Shown piece after piece: positions 35,692 to 45,646 of a stretch of 64,000 nucleotides of DNA. The stretch lies in NCBI GenBank assembly GCA_963726475.1, contig CAVSCO010000052.1, forward strand, positions 588 to 64,587. The letters are read 5' to 3'. Under the pieces are notes generated by a model. It was given only the letters and a program-made list of their open reading frames with translations, made no database searches and was not told the DNA's origin. This stretch comes from an uncultured Phycisphaerae bacterium (GTDB lineage: Bacteria; Planctomycetota; Phycisphaerae; Sedimentisphaerales; Anaerobacaceae). The first letter of the stretch is position 1. Every line of letters starts with the position of its first letter. The position numbers were made by a program, and so were the translations under genes.

Positions 35692-36753
35692 ATGGTTCCA
35701 TTGAAACGGTCCATTCTATGGGCCTGCCTGATAGCGATAGCGGCACTGGCGATCTTGTCGATCTACGGTGCCTTCCTCGGGGCCGACCGGGCACAGGCTT
35801 TCTTCAACTCGGTGCCTGTGGCGGTCTACTGGGGGGCGTTCCTCGTCTTGTTGGTGGCGGGCATCGTCCTCTTCCGCCGGCTCCTGTGGGTTCCCTCGCT
35901 GCTACTGATGCACCTGGGCTGCATCCTGGTGCTCGTGGGCGGGATGTGGGGTTCCCGGCTGAGCCAGAACCTTCAAGAGCGTGTTTTCGGGAAGGAGATG
36001 ATCCGCAAGGGCCAGATGCCCATCCTCGAGGGTACCGCCGAGAACCGCGTGATGGTCCCCGACAGCAACGATACGATGACACTGCCCTTCTCGGTCAGAC
36101 TGCGTGATTTCCGCATCGAGTACTACGAGCCGGGAGACCTGTACATTCAGACCCGCGCGGGCAAGCACTGGAAACTGCCGGCCGAGGTCGGTGAGAGTCA
36201 GACCCTGGGTAATGGACTGGGCAAGGTCACCATCGAGCGCGTCTTTCGGAACTTCAAGATGGACATCTCGGGCGAGAAACGGGTCGCCTACGATGCGCCG
36301 GGCGGATCGAACCCCGCTCTGGAGGTGGCCGTTCAACGTCCCGACGGATCGTCAGGCACGCGTTACGTGTTCCTTCAGCGGGCCGGACATAGCAATCCGA
36401 ACGATCCGTTCATCCTCACCTACCAGCAGAGCTTCCGCGATTTCGTCAGTGAACTCGAAGTCGTCCAGAACAACAAGGTCGTCGCCCGGAAGGACATCGA
36501 GGTCAACCACCCCCTCCACTACGGCGGATACCATTTCTACCAAAGCTCGTATGGCGAAAATCAGATGGGTGAATACACCGTCCTGATGGTCGTTTCTGAC
36601 TCCGGGCTCAACATTGTCTACAGCGGCTTCGCCATGCTCATCCTCGGCGTCTTCTGGCACTTCTGGGGCCTCCGAATATGGCCCGTCCTGAAAGCCGTAC
36701 AGACCGCCCGTTTAGCCACCACCGCGTCACCGACGCGGAATGAGAAGGGATAG
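35692..36753 (+). CDS. resB: Cytochrome c biogenesis system II protein ResB/CcsB
   Basis: TMs with conserved His (LMHLG), LPFSVRLRDFRIEYY, IEVNHPLHYGGYHFYQSSY, D-G...VY. Confidence 0.85.
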   Translation: MVPLKRSILWACLIAIAALAILSIYGAFLGADRAQAFFNSVPVAVYWGAFLVLLVAGIVLFRRLLWVPSLLLMHLGCILVLVGGMWGSRLSQNLQERVFGKEMIRKGQMPILEGTAENRVMVPDSNDTMTLPFSVRLRDFRIEYYEPGDLYIQTRAGKHWKLPAEVGESQTLGNGLGKVTIERVFRNFKMDISGEKRVAYDAPGGSNPALEVAVQRPDGSSGTRYVFLQRAGHSNPNDPFILTYQQSFRDFVSELEVVQNNKVVARKDIEVNHPLHYGGYHFYQSSYGENQMGEYTVLMVVSDSGLNIVYSGFAMLILGVFWHFWGLRIWPVLKAVQTARLATTASPTRNEKG

Positions 36754-36764
36754 CCTCAACGCAC

Positions 36765-37562
36765 ATGGCGATCAAATACACAACTCAAGGTTTGCTGGTT
36801 TACCTGGCGATGGCCGCGTTCCTCTTGGCGTTCATCACCACCGTCGCGCGTCGCAGAAAGGCCGGGCAGGTAATCTTCATCATCGGATTCGCTGTGACGC
36901 TGGCCGCCTTTGTCTATCGCTGGATTGATGTCAAGCATGTCCCTCTTCAGAACCTCTTTGAGGTATTCCTCAGTCTGGGTGTCGTCTGCTATCCGATCTC
37001 GCTGCTGAGCCGGCGCATCCTGCGAATTGGAGGCGAATGGGCCGATATGCTCATCGCGGTGATTGTGCTGTTTCCGGCCGGGTTCATCTTCCACGCCGAG
37101 CCGCAGCACCTGCCTCCCGCCCTGCAAAGCTGGCTCTTTGCTCCGCACGTAGCGGTCTACATGCTCAGCTATGTGTTCATGGCCAAAGCCTTCTTCCAGG
37201 CATGGGAACAACTGCTGACGGGGCATAAAGCGAAAGGTGATGGCCCCTTGCTGCCCCCGGAGCGGGCCACGTATACGTTGATCGCGATCGGGTTTCCGCT
37301 GTTGACATTGGGTCTGATCCTGGGCAGTATCTGGGGCAAACGAGCTTGGGGCGACTACTGGGGCTGGGATCCGAAGGAGCTCTGGTCGCTGGTCTCCTGG
37401 CTGGTCTACGTGGGGTATCTCCACTGGCGATATATGTTCGGCACCAGGCGCGCACGGACCAACAGCGTCCTGGCCATTGTAGGCATGGCGGCCATCGTGA
37501 TCACCCTGCTCTGGGTCAACCTCTCCAGGTTGTTCCCGGGCATGCACAGCTATGCGACATGA
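36765..37562 (+). CDS. ccsA: Cytochrome c biogenesis protein CcsA/ResC
   Basis: HVPLQNLFE, PALQSWL..HV, WWD motif WGDYWGWDPKELWS, YLH, GMHSY. Confidence 0.93.
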   Translation: MAIKYTTQGLLVYLAMAAFLLAFITTVARRRKAGQVIFIIGFAVTLAAFVYRWIDVKHVPLQNLFEVFLSLGVVCYPISLLSRRILRIGGEWADMLIAVIVLFPAGFIFHAEPQHLPPALQSWLFAPHVAVYMLSYVFMAKAFFQAWEQLLTGHKAKGDGPLLPPERATYTLIAIGFPLLTLGLILGSIWGKRAWGDYWGWDPKELWSLVSWLVYVGYLHWRYMFGTRRARTNSVLAIVGMAAIVITLLWVNLSRLFPGMHSYAT

Positions 37563-37604
37563 GACGTCGTGACGCGAACGCGCACGTTTTGGAGGGTTAA
37601 AGAA

Positions 37605-39395
37605 ATGCTTATGAAGACGTCACTAGGGTGGATATGCATCATCGTCAGCCTCTGGGCCATCGCCTGTCCGGCGGCCGTGACATTGTCGGATAACGGCCAG
37701 GCCGAGGCCGTCATCGTCGTTGCGGCCGATGCACCGCCACCCGAACAGCATGCCGCATCTGAGCTGGCCGCTTTCCTGTCGCAGATCACAGGTGGGCAGT
37801 TCCCCATCGCTGCTGAGCCAAATCGGATCACCGTCAACATCTATGTCGGTCCGCAGGCTGCCAAGGTCGCCCAGAGTGATTTTGCGACCGATGGCTTAGG
37901 CGACGAGGGGATTGTCATCCGAACCGTCCCCAACGGCCTGATCCTGGCGGGTGGCGGGACACGCGGGACGTTGTACGCCGTCTACACCTTCCTCGAAGAC
38001 CACCTCGGCTGCCGATGGTGGTCGTCCACGGAGAGCACGATCCCCTCCAAGCCCACGATCGTGTTGGGCGACGTTGACGTTCGTTATGTTCCCATCCTGG
38101 AGTACCGCGAGCCCTACTGGTTCGACGCTCTCGATGGTGACTGGGCCGTGCGCAACAAGTGCAACGGCAATGGCGACCGTATCGACGCCGAGCAGGGAGG
38201 CAAACACAAATACGAAGGATTTGTCCATACCTTCTACCCGCTGATCCCGCCCGACAAGTACTTTGCGGACCATCCCGAATGGTTCAGCGAGATCGACGGC
38301 AAGCGCACCACCGAACGGGCACAACTGTGCCTGACCAACGAGGAGATGCGAGCCGAACTGGTCAAGAACCTCAAAGAACGACTGCGAGCACACCCCGAAG
38401 CCACCATCGCCTCGGTCTCGCAGAACGACTGGCATGGCAACTGCCAGTGTGCCAAGTGCAGAGCCGTCGAGGAGGAAGAGGGCAGCCCTGCCGGCCTCAT
38501 GCTGCGGTTCGTCAATGCCGTCGCGGCCGATATCGAGCAGGAATTCCCCAACGTCGCGATCAGTACGCTTGCTTACCAGTACACGCGAAAGCCGCCTAAG
38601 CTCGTCAAGCCCCGCCCGAACGTCATCGTCAGGCTGTGCAGCATCGAGGCCTCGTTCAGCAAGCCACTGTCGGACGAGCGAAACAAACCCTTCCGCGACG
38701 ACATCATCGGTTGGTCGAAGATCTGCAATCGGCTCTACATCTGGGACTACACGACGAATTTCCGGCACTACATCATGCCGCACCCGAACCTGCGCGTCCT
38801 CGGACCGAACGTGAAGTTCTTCGTAGATCACAGCGTCAAAGGCATCTTTGAGCAGGGCGCCTATACCACCAACGGCGCCGAGATGGCCGAACTGCGGGCG
38901 TGGGTCCTTGCCAAGCTGCTGTGGAATCCGAACCTCAATGGCGATCAACTCGTGAACGAGTTCGTCGAAGGCTATTACGGCCCGGCCGCCCCATACGTGA
39001 AGAAGTATCTGAATACGCTCCACGACGCCGTCGAAAAAGATGGCGACTGGCTGGGCTGTTTCGAAAAGCACACCGCCAAGTACCTGAACTTTGAAACGCT
39101 GACCAAAGGCCGGATTTATCTGTTGACTGCTGAAGAGCAGGTTAAGGACAACCCCGAACTTCGGTTCCGCGTGCAGGTAGCCCAGTTGCCCGTGATGTAC
39201 ACGTTCATGATGCGATGGGCCGAGATGCGGGGGGCTGCCACGGCCGCAAATGCCGAGTGGCCCATGCCCGAATCGATCCACAACGCCTACGATCGCTTCA
39301 TGGAGATCGCGAAGAAGAAGAACATCACCAGGCTCGATGAATGGCATGAGGGTTTCGACGCCCTGGAGAAGGCCCTGGCCCGCGCCGAACAGTAG
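37605..39395 (+). CDS. DUF4838 secreted protein with GH67-like N-terminal domain
   Basis: AASELAAFL, RGTLYAVYTFLE..LGCRW, HTF..L...YFADHPEWF, QLCLTN, SQND, TLAY, YIWDY. Confidence 0.85.
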   Translation: MLMKTSLGWICIIVSLWAIACPAAVTLSDNGQAEAVIVVAADAPPPEQHAASELAAFLSQITGGQFPIAAEPNRITVNIYVGPQAAKVAQSDFATDGLGDEGIVIRTVPNGLILAGGGTRGTLYAVYTFLEDHLGCRWWSSTESTIPSKPTIVLGDVDVRYVPILEYREPYWFDALDGDWAVRNKCNGNGDRIDAEQGGKHKYEGFVHTFYPLIPPDKYFADHPEWFSEIDGKRTTERAQLCLTNEEMRAELVKNLKERLRAHPEATIASVSQNDWHGNCQCAKCRAVEEEEGSPAGLMLRFVNAVAADIEQEFPNVAISTLAYQYTRKPPKLVKPRPNVIVRLCSIEASFSKPLSDERNKPFRDDIIGWSKICNRLYIWDYTTNFRHYIMPHPNLRVLGPNVKFFVDHSVKGIFEQGAYTTNGAEMAELRAWVLAKLLWNPNLNGDQLVNEFVEGYYGPAAPYVKKYLNTLHDAVEKDGDWLGCFEKHTAKYLNFETLTKGRIYLLTAEEQVKDNPELRFRVQVAQLPVMYTFMMRWAEMRGAATAANAEWPMPESIHNAYDRFMEIAKKKNITRLDEWHEGFDALEKALARAEQ

Positions 39396-39406
39396 ACGCA
39401 CGAACG

Positions 39407-40084
39407 ATGGACCGACCGGCTGCACTGGAGATCGACCGTCTCACCGTCCGATTCGACGGGCAAGAGGTTCTGAAGGACTTCTCGCTCACGCTTGAGTCGG
39501 GTCGAAAGGCGCTGTTGACCGGCCCTTCGGGCTGTGGCAAGTCTACGGTGCTGCGTTGCGTGCTGGGGTTCGTCGTACCGCAGGCCGGTTCGATTCGCAT
39601 CGCCGGCGCTCCGTTGACGGCTCAGAGCGTCTGGACGCTCCGACGTCACCTCGCCTACGTCGGACAGGAGCCCGACCTGGGCACGGGCATCGTCCGGGAG
39701 ATCCTCGAACAGCCGTTCCATTACCACGCCAACGTTTCGTTGCGAGGCAACCTCGACCGCATACCGGAGTTGTTCGACACCTTCGGGCTGCCCCAGGCCT
39801 ATCTCAACAAAGCGATCGGCGATCTCTCGGGAGGCGAGAAGCAAAGGGTCGCGCTGATCTCGGCGTTGCTGCTCGACCGCAACATCTTCCTGCTCGACGA
39901 AGTCACCTCTGCCCTGGACCGCGCCAGCAAGCAGGTCGTCGCCGACTACTTCCGATCTCGCAGCGAGGCCACCGTGCTGTTCGTTGCCCATGATCCGGAG
40001 TGGTTCCCCTTCGCGGATCCCGTCATCCAGATACCACGGCTCCAGGCTCCCGGAGGCGACGACAGAGATGGGGGGACCTCATGA
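39407..40084 (+). CDS. ABC transporter ATPase (FetA/YbbL-like)
   Basis: GPSGCGKS, LSGGEKQR, LLDEVTSALD, AH. Confidence 0.9.
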   Translation: MDRPAALEIDRLTVRFDGQEVLKDFSLTLESGRKALLTGPSGCGKSTVLRCVLGFVVPQAGSIRIAGAPLTAQSVWTLRRHLAYVGQEPDLGTGIVREILEQPFHYHANVSLRGNLDRIPELFDTFGLPQAYLNKAIGDLSGGEKQRVALISALLLDRNIFLLDEVTSALDRASKQVVADYFRSRSEATVLFVAHDPEWFPFADPVIQIPRLQAPGGDDRDGGTS

Positions 40085-40875
40085 ATGACATAGTCAACAT
40101 TGGCGTTTGGCACCTGGCCGCCGCGTACCTGCTGCTGGCCTTCCCGTTCGCGATCATGCTCTGGTACCGTGTCCCAATGATTGGCGAGACCGTCGTGTCG
40201 CTGGTGCGCATGACGCTGCAACTGATCTTCGTGGGCCTCTACCTCCAGGTGGTCTTCAAGCTCAACAACCTATGGCTCAGCGGCGCCTGGTTGCTGATCA
40301 TGATCACGGTCGCCGACGTCTCGATCGTGCGATCCTGCTCGCTGAAGCTGGCGCGCATCGCGATGCCTGTGTTCGGCGCACTGGTGGCGGGCACCGCGAT
40401 CCCCCTGCTGCTGTTCGTCGGGCTGATCCTCCAGCGGGACAACCTGCTTGACGCCCAGTACGCCATCCCCATTGGAGGGATGATCCTGGGCAACTGCCTC
40501 CGCGCCGACATCGTGGGGGTTCGCACCTTCTACGAGAATATCCGAACGGGCGAGAAGGCCTTCCTCCAGAGCCTCGCCCAGGGTGCCCTGCTGCACGAGG
40601 CGACGCGACCTCACGTGCGAAAGGCCTGTCGGGCCGCGCTGGCCCCTACCGTCGCGACCATGACCACCATCGGCCTGGTTTCCCTGCCCGGCATGATGAC
40701 CGGCGTCATCCTCGGCGGCGCCAGCCCCGCCATCGCCATCAAGTACCAGATCGCCATCATGATCTCCATCTTCTCGGGCACGTCCATCACCCTCGCCCTG
40801 GGCCTCTGGCTCACCTCCAAAACCAGCTTCACCCCCCCAGGCCCCCTCGACCGCACCATCTTCCGCACCCCGTAG
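40081..40875 (+). CDS. UPF0014 permease (FetB/YbbM-like)
   Basis: RMTLQL, IPIGGMILGN, GLVSLPGMMTGVILGGASP..AIKYQI; ATGA overlap. Confidence 0.9.
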   Translation: MNDIVNIGVWHLAAAYLLLAFPFAIMLWYRVPMIGETVVSLVRMTLQLIFVGLYLQVVFKLNNLWLSGAWLLIMITVADVSIVRSCSLKLARIAMPVFGALVAGTAIPLLLFVGLILQRDNLLDAQYAIPIGGMILGNCLRADIVGVRTFYENIRTGEKAFLQSLAQGALLHEATRPHVRKACRAALAPTVATMTTIGLVSLPGMMTGVILGGASPAIAIKYQIAIMISIFSGTSITLALGLWLTSKTSFTPPGPLDRTIFRTP

Positions 40876-41009
40876 GTCGGGCACTTCATGCTCATGCCTG
40901 CGGTCTCGCACATCCGCGACCTGCGCGTCGCAGCTTTTGCACTTTCGTGGTACGGGGGAGCCGCTATAATCATGGGTAGACTCTCTATTCTTAACAGGAA
41001 CGTACAAGC

Positions 41010-41498
41010 ATGAACAAACGCGTCTATATTGAGACGACAATCCCGAGCTTCTACGTCGACGTGCGTCAGGAACCGGAAATGGTGGCCCGACGGAAATGGA
41101 CGCGCAGGTGGTGGAAGGATGCCCGCAGCCAATATGAACTCGTCACGAGTGTCGCTGTCGTCGACGAACTCGCACAGGGAGAGTTCCCGGGTCGCGAGGG
41201 CACCCTGCAACTCATAGAGCAGGTGGCTCTGGTACCCGTGGGTATCGAGGTGACAGAGATCGTTCAGGCATACATTGCTCATAGGGTTATGCCCAACAAC
41301 CCGGCTGGCGATGCCCTCCATCTTGCCCTCGCATCATTCCATCGCTGTGACTTTCTACTCACATGGAACTGCCGTCATCTTGCGAACGCGAACAAATTCG
41401 ACCACATTAGGAGGGTCAACGGGCTCCTGGGACTGTTCGTTCCAGCATTGGTGACGCCTCTGGAATTGCTGGGAGACGAAAATGAAAATCGACGATGA
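41010..41498 (+). CDS. PIN-domain (VapC-like) protein
   Basis: VYIETTIPS, DEL, DALHLALA, DFLLTWNCRHLAN. Confidence 0.88.
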   Translation: MNKRVYIETTIPSFYVDVRQEPEMVARRKWTRRWWKDARSQYELVTSVAVVDELAQGEFPGREGTLQLIEQVALVPVGIEVTEIVQAYIAHRVMPNNPAGDALHLALASFHRCDFLLTWNCRHLANANKFDHIRRVNGLLGLFVPALVTPLELLGDENENRR

Positions 41499-41664
41499 AG
41501 GAATTCAAGCGGTGCGCAACGTGCGCGAGAAGATCTCCGCCGAGTTCGATAACGACCCGCGAAAGCTGGTCGAGCACTACATGGTCGAGCAGGAGAAGTA
41601 CCGCGACCGCCTACTGCACTCTACACAGCAAACAGAAGCCCCACATGCGGATTCGGCCCCATGA
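41482..41664 (+). CDS. Small partner protein, putative antitoxin
   Basis: 60 aa, DDE.I.AVR.VRE.I..EFD.D pattern, overlaps the PIN stop. Confidence 0.7.
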   Translation: MKIDDEGIQAVRNVREKISAEFDNDPRKLVEHYMVEQEKYRDRLLHSTQQTEAPHADSAP

Positions 41665-41842
41665 AGGCGAATGAGACATCAGATTCCGATGAGATGAGCG
41701 GAAGATTCAGGAAGAACCTACGACGAGACCAAAGATTGATCAGACGCACATCCAACTGATCGCATAGTCCCGGCGCTCTCCAAACAGGCCTCTTGGCCGA
41801 GTTATGGCAGAATGCGGACAAGAACGAGAGTCACCCCCCCTG

Positions 41843-42226
41843 TCACTTCCTCCTGAGAAGCGCCTTGCGCATCCCGCATTCGTCACGATAGAACGCCAAC
41901 TTCCCGGGGATGCATGACACTACGGCGCCCCAGCCGCGCATACCCAGCTCACTGATAGCTTCTTCCAGCGGCATCGACTGGCCATCCAGGTCCTTTTCTG
42001 CCGAGATCAGGTACACGGATTCGGGGCTGCCTTCGGTCCGAAGCAGCGAGGTGACATCCGCATCGGACACCAGCCATTGGGTCGCCTCAGGGTCAAAATC
42101 ATTGCAGTGGTCGAGACGATCTAATCCGGCGATCCGCTTCTTGCCACTGTCAAGAATATGACGGAATCTGTGTCGCCTCTCGCGAATGATAAAGGCACTC
42201 ACCAGTCCCCTTTCATGGTCGTTCAT
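41843..42226 (-). CDS. Hypothetical protein
   Basis: 127 aa ORF, protein-like composition (SCIPGKLAFY..E). Confidence 0.65.
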   Translation of the reverse strand: MNDHERGLVSAFIIRERRHRFRHILDSGKKRIAGLDRLDHCNDFDPEATQWLVSDADVTSLLRTEGSPESVYLISAEKDLDGQSMPLEEAISELGMRGWGAVVSCIPGKLAFYRDECGMRKALLRRK

Positions 42227-42280
42227 GGCTCTCTAGCCCCTTCGCTTCCTTAGCGGCGAGTTGACACAGGTACCATACGG

Positions 42281-43564
42281 CTAACCAGTCTTCAGGGCGA
42301 CTTTGTTGGCGCCGTCGACGAAGATGATCTGGACGTCGGGGTTTTCGGCGAGCCAGGCGTCGATGATGGCCTGAGGGTCGTGGGCGGGATAGAGATGGGC
42401 CGCTTCGACTTGGTTATCGGGAATCTGCGTGTGCATCCAGAGGCGTCGCAGCCGCTTGATCATCAGGGCGAACTTGTAGGGCTTGTGACTGTACAGGACG
42501 TAATCCTGCTGGATCGACTGGATGACCTCCTCGAGCGGAGGCGTCAGGCGGTCGTAGAAGTTCGCCAGCGTCTGCGGCTCGCCAATACCCTTGGGACAGG
42601 CCGCCAGGAACAGGACCTCCCCGCCATCGAGCACGGCAGCCCGGTTCAATTCCAACGCCCGCTGCGCGATGTACAGATCATCGTCGTTGGGCAACCCGCC
42701 CGGCGCGACGACCAGGCGTGTCGCCGGCGTCACCGTACGAATGTTCCGCTCGTCGGTGACGCGGAAAGCCTCGCCGCTGGCCTCCGCAATGGGCCCAAAC
42801 CGCGACCAGATCAGCTGTCGTGCAGCACTGATCATCGTCAGCGCATAGATTGGCCTGCCCTTGGCGATCAGCTCCATGCCCTCGACCTGATCCTCTGCCA
42901 CGGGTTGCGTTCGTCGCTTGGGATCGGGGTGCCATGGATGAGCCCCATGCGTGGATTCATCGAGGAGGGCCAGGCTGTGGTTCTGCTCGACGGTGCGAAA
43001 CGCACAGATGCCAGGCAGGAAATTCTTAACCGGATTCGAATAGCCCGAGAAGTAGTGGACCTTCACATCCGAGATCACGAGGAAGACATCGGCTTCCTCG
43101 GCCAACTTGCTGACCAGAACCTGCGTCCCACGCGACGTCCGGCCGACATCCAGGAATTCGTCCGCCTGGCAATCATGAGCGTGGATTCGCGTCACGGTCA
43201 GGCCCGCATCCCTGCCGACTCTTTCAACCTCCTGGCGGATCTGCTCGTTCTTCGGCGTCTCGGCAATATGGGTCCCCGTGCAGATCATAAACTGCACCGA
43301 AGCGGCCTGCTTCAGCATGTCGCATAAGGCCGACAACACATAGGCCAGAGGTTCATCCCGCGAGCCGTCGTCAAGCAGCACGCACACCCGCTTGCCGGCC
43401 ACGTCGTCGGGAAACGTCCCGGCCTGGCCTGCGATGGTTTCCCTCAGGTCCCCTGACGCCTCCTGAGTCCCCTCCCCATGCCAGGGCTCGATGATCTCCT
43501 GTACGTTTCGATCCGGCACCCGCAACGAAACCACGCCCGCTCCATAATGAAGATCCACGTTCAT
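42281..43564 (-). CDS. LarA-superfamily (DUF2088) racemase/epimerase
   Basis: DDGSR, TGTH, HDC, GRTSRGT, HYFSGYSNPVK..LPG, NH, PGGLPND..LY. Confidence 0.85.
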   Translation of the reverse strand: MNVDLHYGAGVVSLRVPDRNVQEIIEPWHGEGTQEASGDLRETIAGQAGTFPDDVAGKRVCVLLDDGSRDEPLAYVLSALCDMLKQAASVQFMICTGTHIAETPKNEQIRQEVERVGRDAGLTVTRIHAHDCQADEFLDVGRTSRGTQVLVSKLAEEADVFLVISDVKVHYFSGYSNPVKNFLPGICAFRTVEQNHSLALLDESTHGAHPWHPDPKRRTQPVAEDQVEGMELIAKGRPIYALTMISAARQLIWSRFGPIAEASGEAFRVTDERNIRTVTPATRLVVAPGGLPNDDDLYIAQRALELNRAAVLDGGEVLFLAACPKGIGEPQTLANFYDRLTPPLEEVIQSIQQDYVLYSHKPYKFALMIKRLRRLWMHTQIPDNQVEAAHLYPAHDPQAIIDAWLAENPDVQIIFVDGANKVALKTG

Positions 43565-43950
43565 GCCATCCCTCACAAATCCACGTCAGCACCATGTTCA
43601 TCTGTGCAACTCTTCCCACTGGGTCTCATGCAACGATTGTCAGCATTCCAGGCAGCGTGGGCAAGGGGAATCTTCCGCCAGGCGGCGATCGCAGAGTGTA
43701 TCTCCCGGTCTGCCGAGTTTCATCAGGCCGACCAAGACGCCGTAATGGATGCGACTATCCAGCCAAACGGGTGCGAACCATGTTTTGACCAGGTCGTAAG
43801 GAAAACACCTTGAATCGTGGAATTCTTTCGTGTATGTAGGGGAGCCAATGGGTGGTTGTCCATCCGGGGGTGGGCAAGACTCACGAGAACGCCTTTGATG
43901 GGCATTGGAGTTTCAAAAACAGGCTGTTTTGTACGTGGAGGTATATCAGA

Positions 43951-44433
43951 ATGCTGGACCCTGTACCGATCTCGATGACAGGTTTCAACAAGCTCAAAGA
44001 GGAACTGGCTCAGCTCGAAGAAGAGTTGACGGAAGTCAGGCAGACGGTGGCTGCGGCGCGAGAAGAAGGCGATCTGAAAGAAAACGGCGCCTACATTTAC
44101 GGTCGCCAGCGGCAAGGGCATATCGAAGGACGAATCGGCGAACTGAAGGGCCAGATCAACCGGTCGGACATCGTCGATTGCACGAAGGTCGAATGTGATC
44201 AGGCCCGGTTCGGCACAGTAGTGACGCTGCTGGATCTGGATACAGAGAAGAAGGTGACCTATCAATTACTGGGTCCGGACGAAGCCGACCTGGACGAGGG
44301 AAGCATTTCGATAGAGTCGCCCGTCGGCGAGGCTATCCTCGGCTGCTCCATCGGAGACAAGATCACCGTCACGATCCCACGCGGCGACCGCAATCTCGAG
44401 GTGCTCGACATTGGACCGTCGGAAATCGAGTAG
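43951..44433 (+). CDS. greA: Transcription elongation factor GreA
   Basis: AAREEGDLKEN, FGTVV, YQLLG..EAD....ISIESPVG.AILG. Confidence 0.93.
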   Translation: MLDPVPISMTGFNKLKEELAQLEEELTEVRQTVAAAREEGDLKENGAYIYGRQRQGHIEGRIGELKGQINRSDIVDCTKVECDQARFGTVVTLLDLDTEKKVTYQLLGPDEADLDEGSISIESPVGEAILGCSIGDKITVTIPRGDRNLEVLDIGPSEIE

Positions 44434-44632
44434 GCCCATCCTGTTCCCTCTCTGACGCAATAAGACAATGCGCGATTGTGCTCGGGATCAATTGGGAACA
44501 ATGACGTACGGCCTCCCTGAGTATCGGCCGTGCGCCCCGCTATCGGGCCAGGGGGCTGCCCTGTTCGTGCGCTACACGCGGATGTCCTTCGGTGTCGATC
44601 CCGTTCGCCGAAGGCTCCCTCCATTCATGGGC

Positions 44633-45646
44633 TCACCTCTCGAATCCGCTGAGAAAGCTGTGCACGCAATCGCCTAAGACGTCTGTATTGTAGCCGCCTT
44701 CCTGGCAGATCAGCGTCGGCAGATCGAGGGACGCGAGCCGCACGCCGATCTTCTCGTAGTCTGTCGTCTGAAGCGCGAATCCCCCGATCGGATCGGTCTG
44801 GTGCGTGTCGAAACCGGCAGCGATGATGAGGTAGCTCGGGCCAAAAGCCTGCACAGCCTTACAAAACTTGTCGATGGCCTCTAGATAGCTTTTGGCATCG
44901 GCCTTCATAGCAAGTGGCAAGTTCAAATTCGTACCCTGTCCCTGCCCCTTGCCTTTCTCGTCGGCATACCCCCAGAAGTAGGGGTACTCAACACTAGGGT
45001 CTCCATGGATGGAACTGGTGAAGATGTACTTGCGCTCTTCGAAGAACTCCTGCGTGCCGTTACCGTGATGGTAGTCAATGTCGAGGATCGCGACCGTTCC
45101 GGACGGCGCGAGGAACTCCGCGGCCGTCGCCACATTGTTGAAATAGCAGTACCCCCCAAACACGCGCGGTCCAGCGTGGTGCCCCGATGGGCGACACAGC
45201 GCATAGACGACCCGCTCGCGACCGGAGAGAACCAGTTCGGCCCCCGTCAGAGCCGTCTCGGCCGACGCACGCGCCACCGCGTAGGTCTTCTTCATGATCG
45301 GCGTGACGGCATCGGTACACCATTGCCCCCCCCACAGGGGTTCGTCGACCCGCCGACGTAGCCGCGCGCCGTCGCCGGGGAAGAGATCCGGATAGAACTC
45401 CTCGTCCTCCTCGCGCAAGCTGGCGGCCGTCTTCTTGATGTAGTCATGGTAGGGATGGAGCCGGGCAATCAACGACTCAGAGAACTTCTTGGCCCGAACG
45501 AATTGGTAGCCATCGTCGGCATGCAGCCGCTTCTTTATCGCCTCCACACGACGAGGTGTGTCTTTGACCTCGTAGGAGGACGGCCCCAGTTGAAACTTCC
45601 AGTAAGGGTTGTGCAGGCTGTCGTTGTATTTCTCAATGACTTTCAT
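44633..45646 (-). CDS. Histone-deacetylase family, acetylpolyamine amidohydrolase-like
   Basis: CRPSGHHA, GGYCYFNN, LDIDYHHGNGTQ, SIHGDP..YPYFWG, GFDT..DP, QEGGY. Confidence 0.9.
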   Translation of the reverse strand: MKVIEKYNDSLHNPYWKFQLGPSSYEVKDTPRRVEAIKKRLHADDGYQFVRAKKFSESLIARLHPYHDYIKKTAASLREEDEEFYPDLFPGDGARLRRRVDEPLWGGQWCTDAVTPIMKKTYAVARASAETALTGAELVLSGRERVVYALCRPSGHHAGPRVFGGYCYFNNVATAAEFLAPSGTVAILDIDYHHGNGTQEFFEERKYIFTSSIHGDPSVEYPYFWGYADEKGKGQGQGTNLNLPLAMKADAKSYLEAIDKFCKAVQAFGPSYLIIAAGFDTHQTDPIGGFALQTTDYEKIGVRLASLDLPTLICQEGGYNTDVLGDCVHSFLSGFER

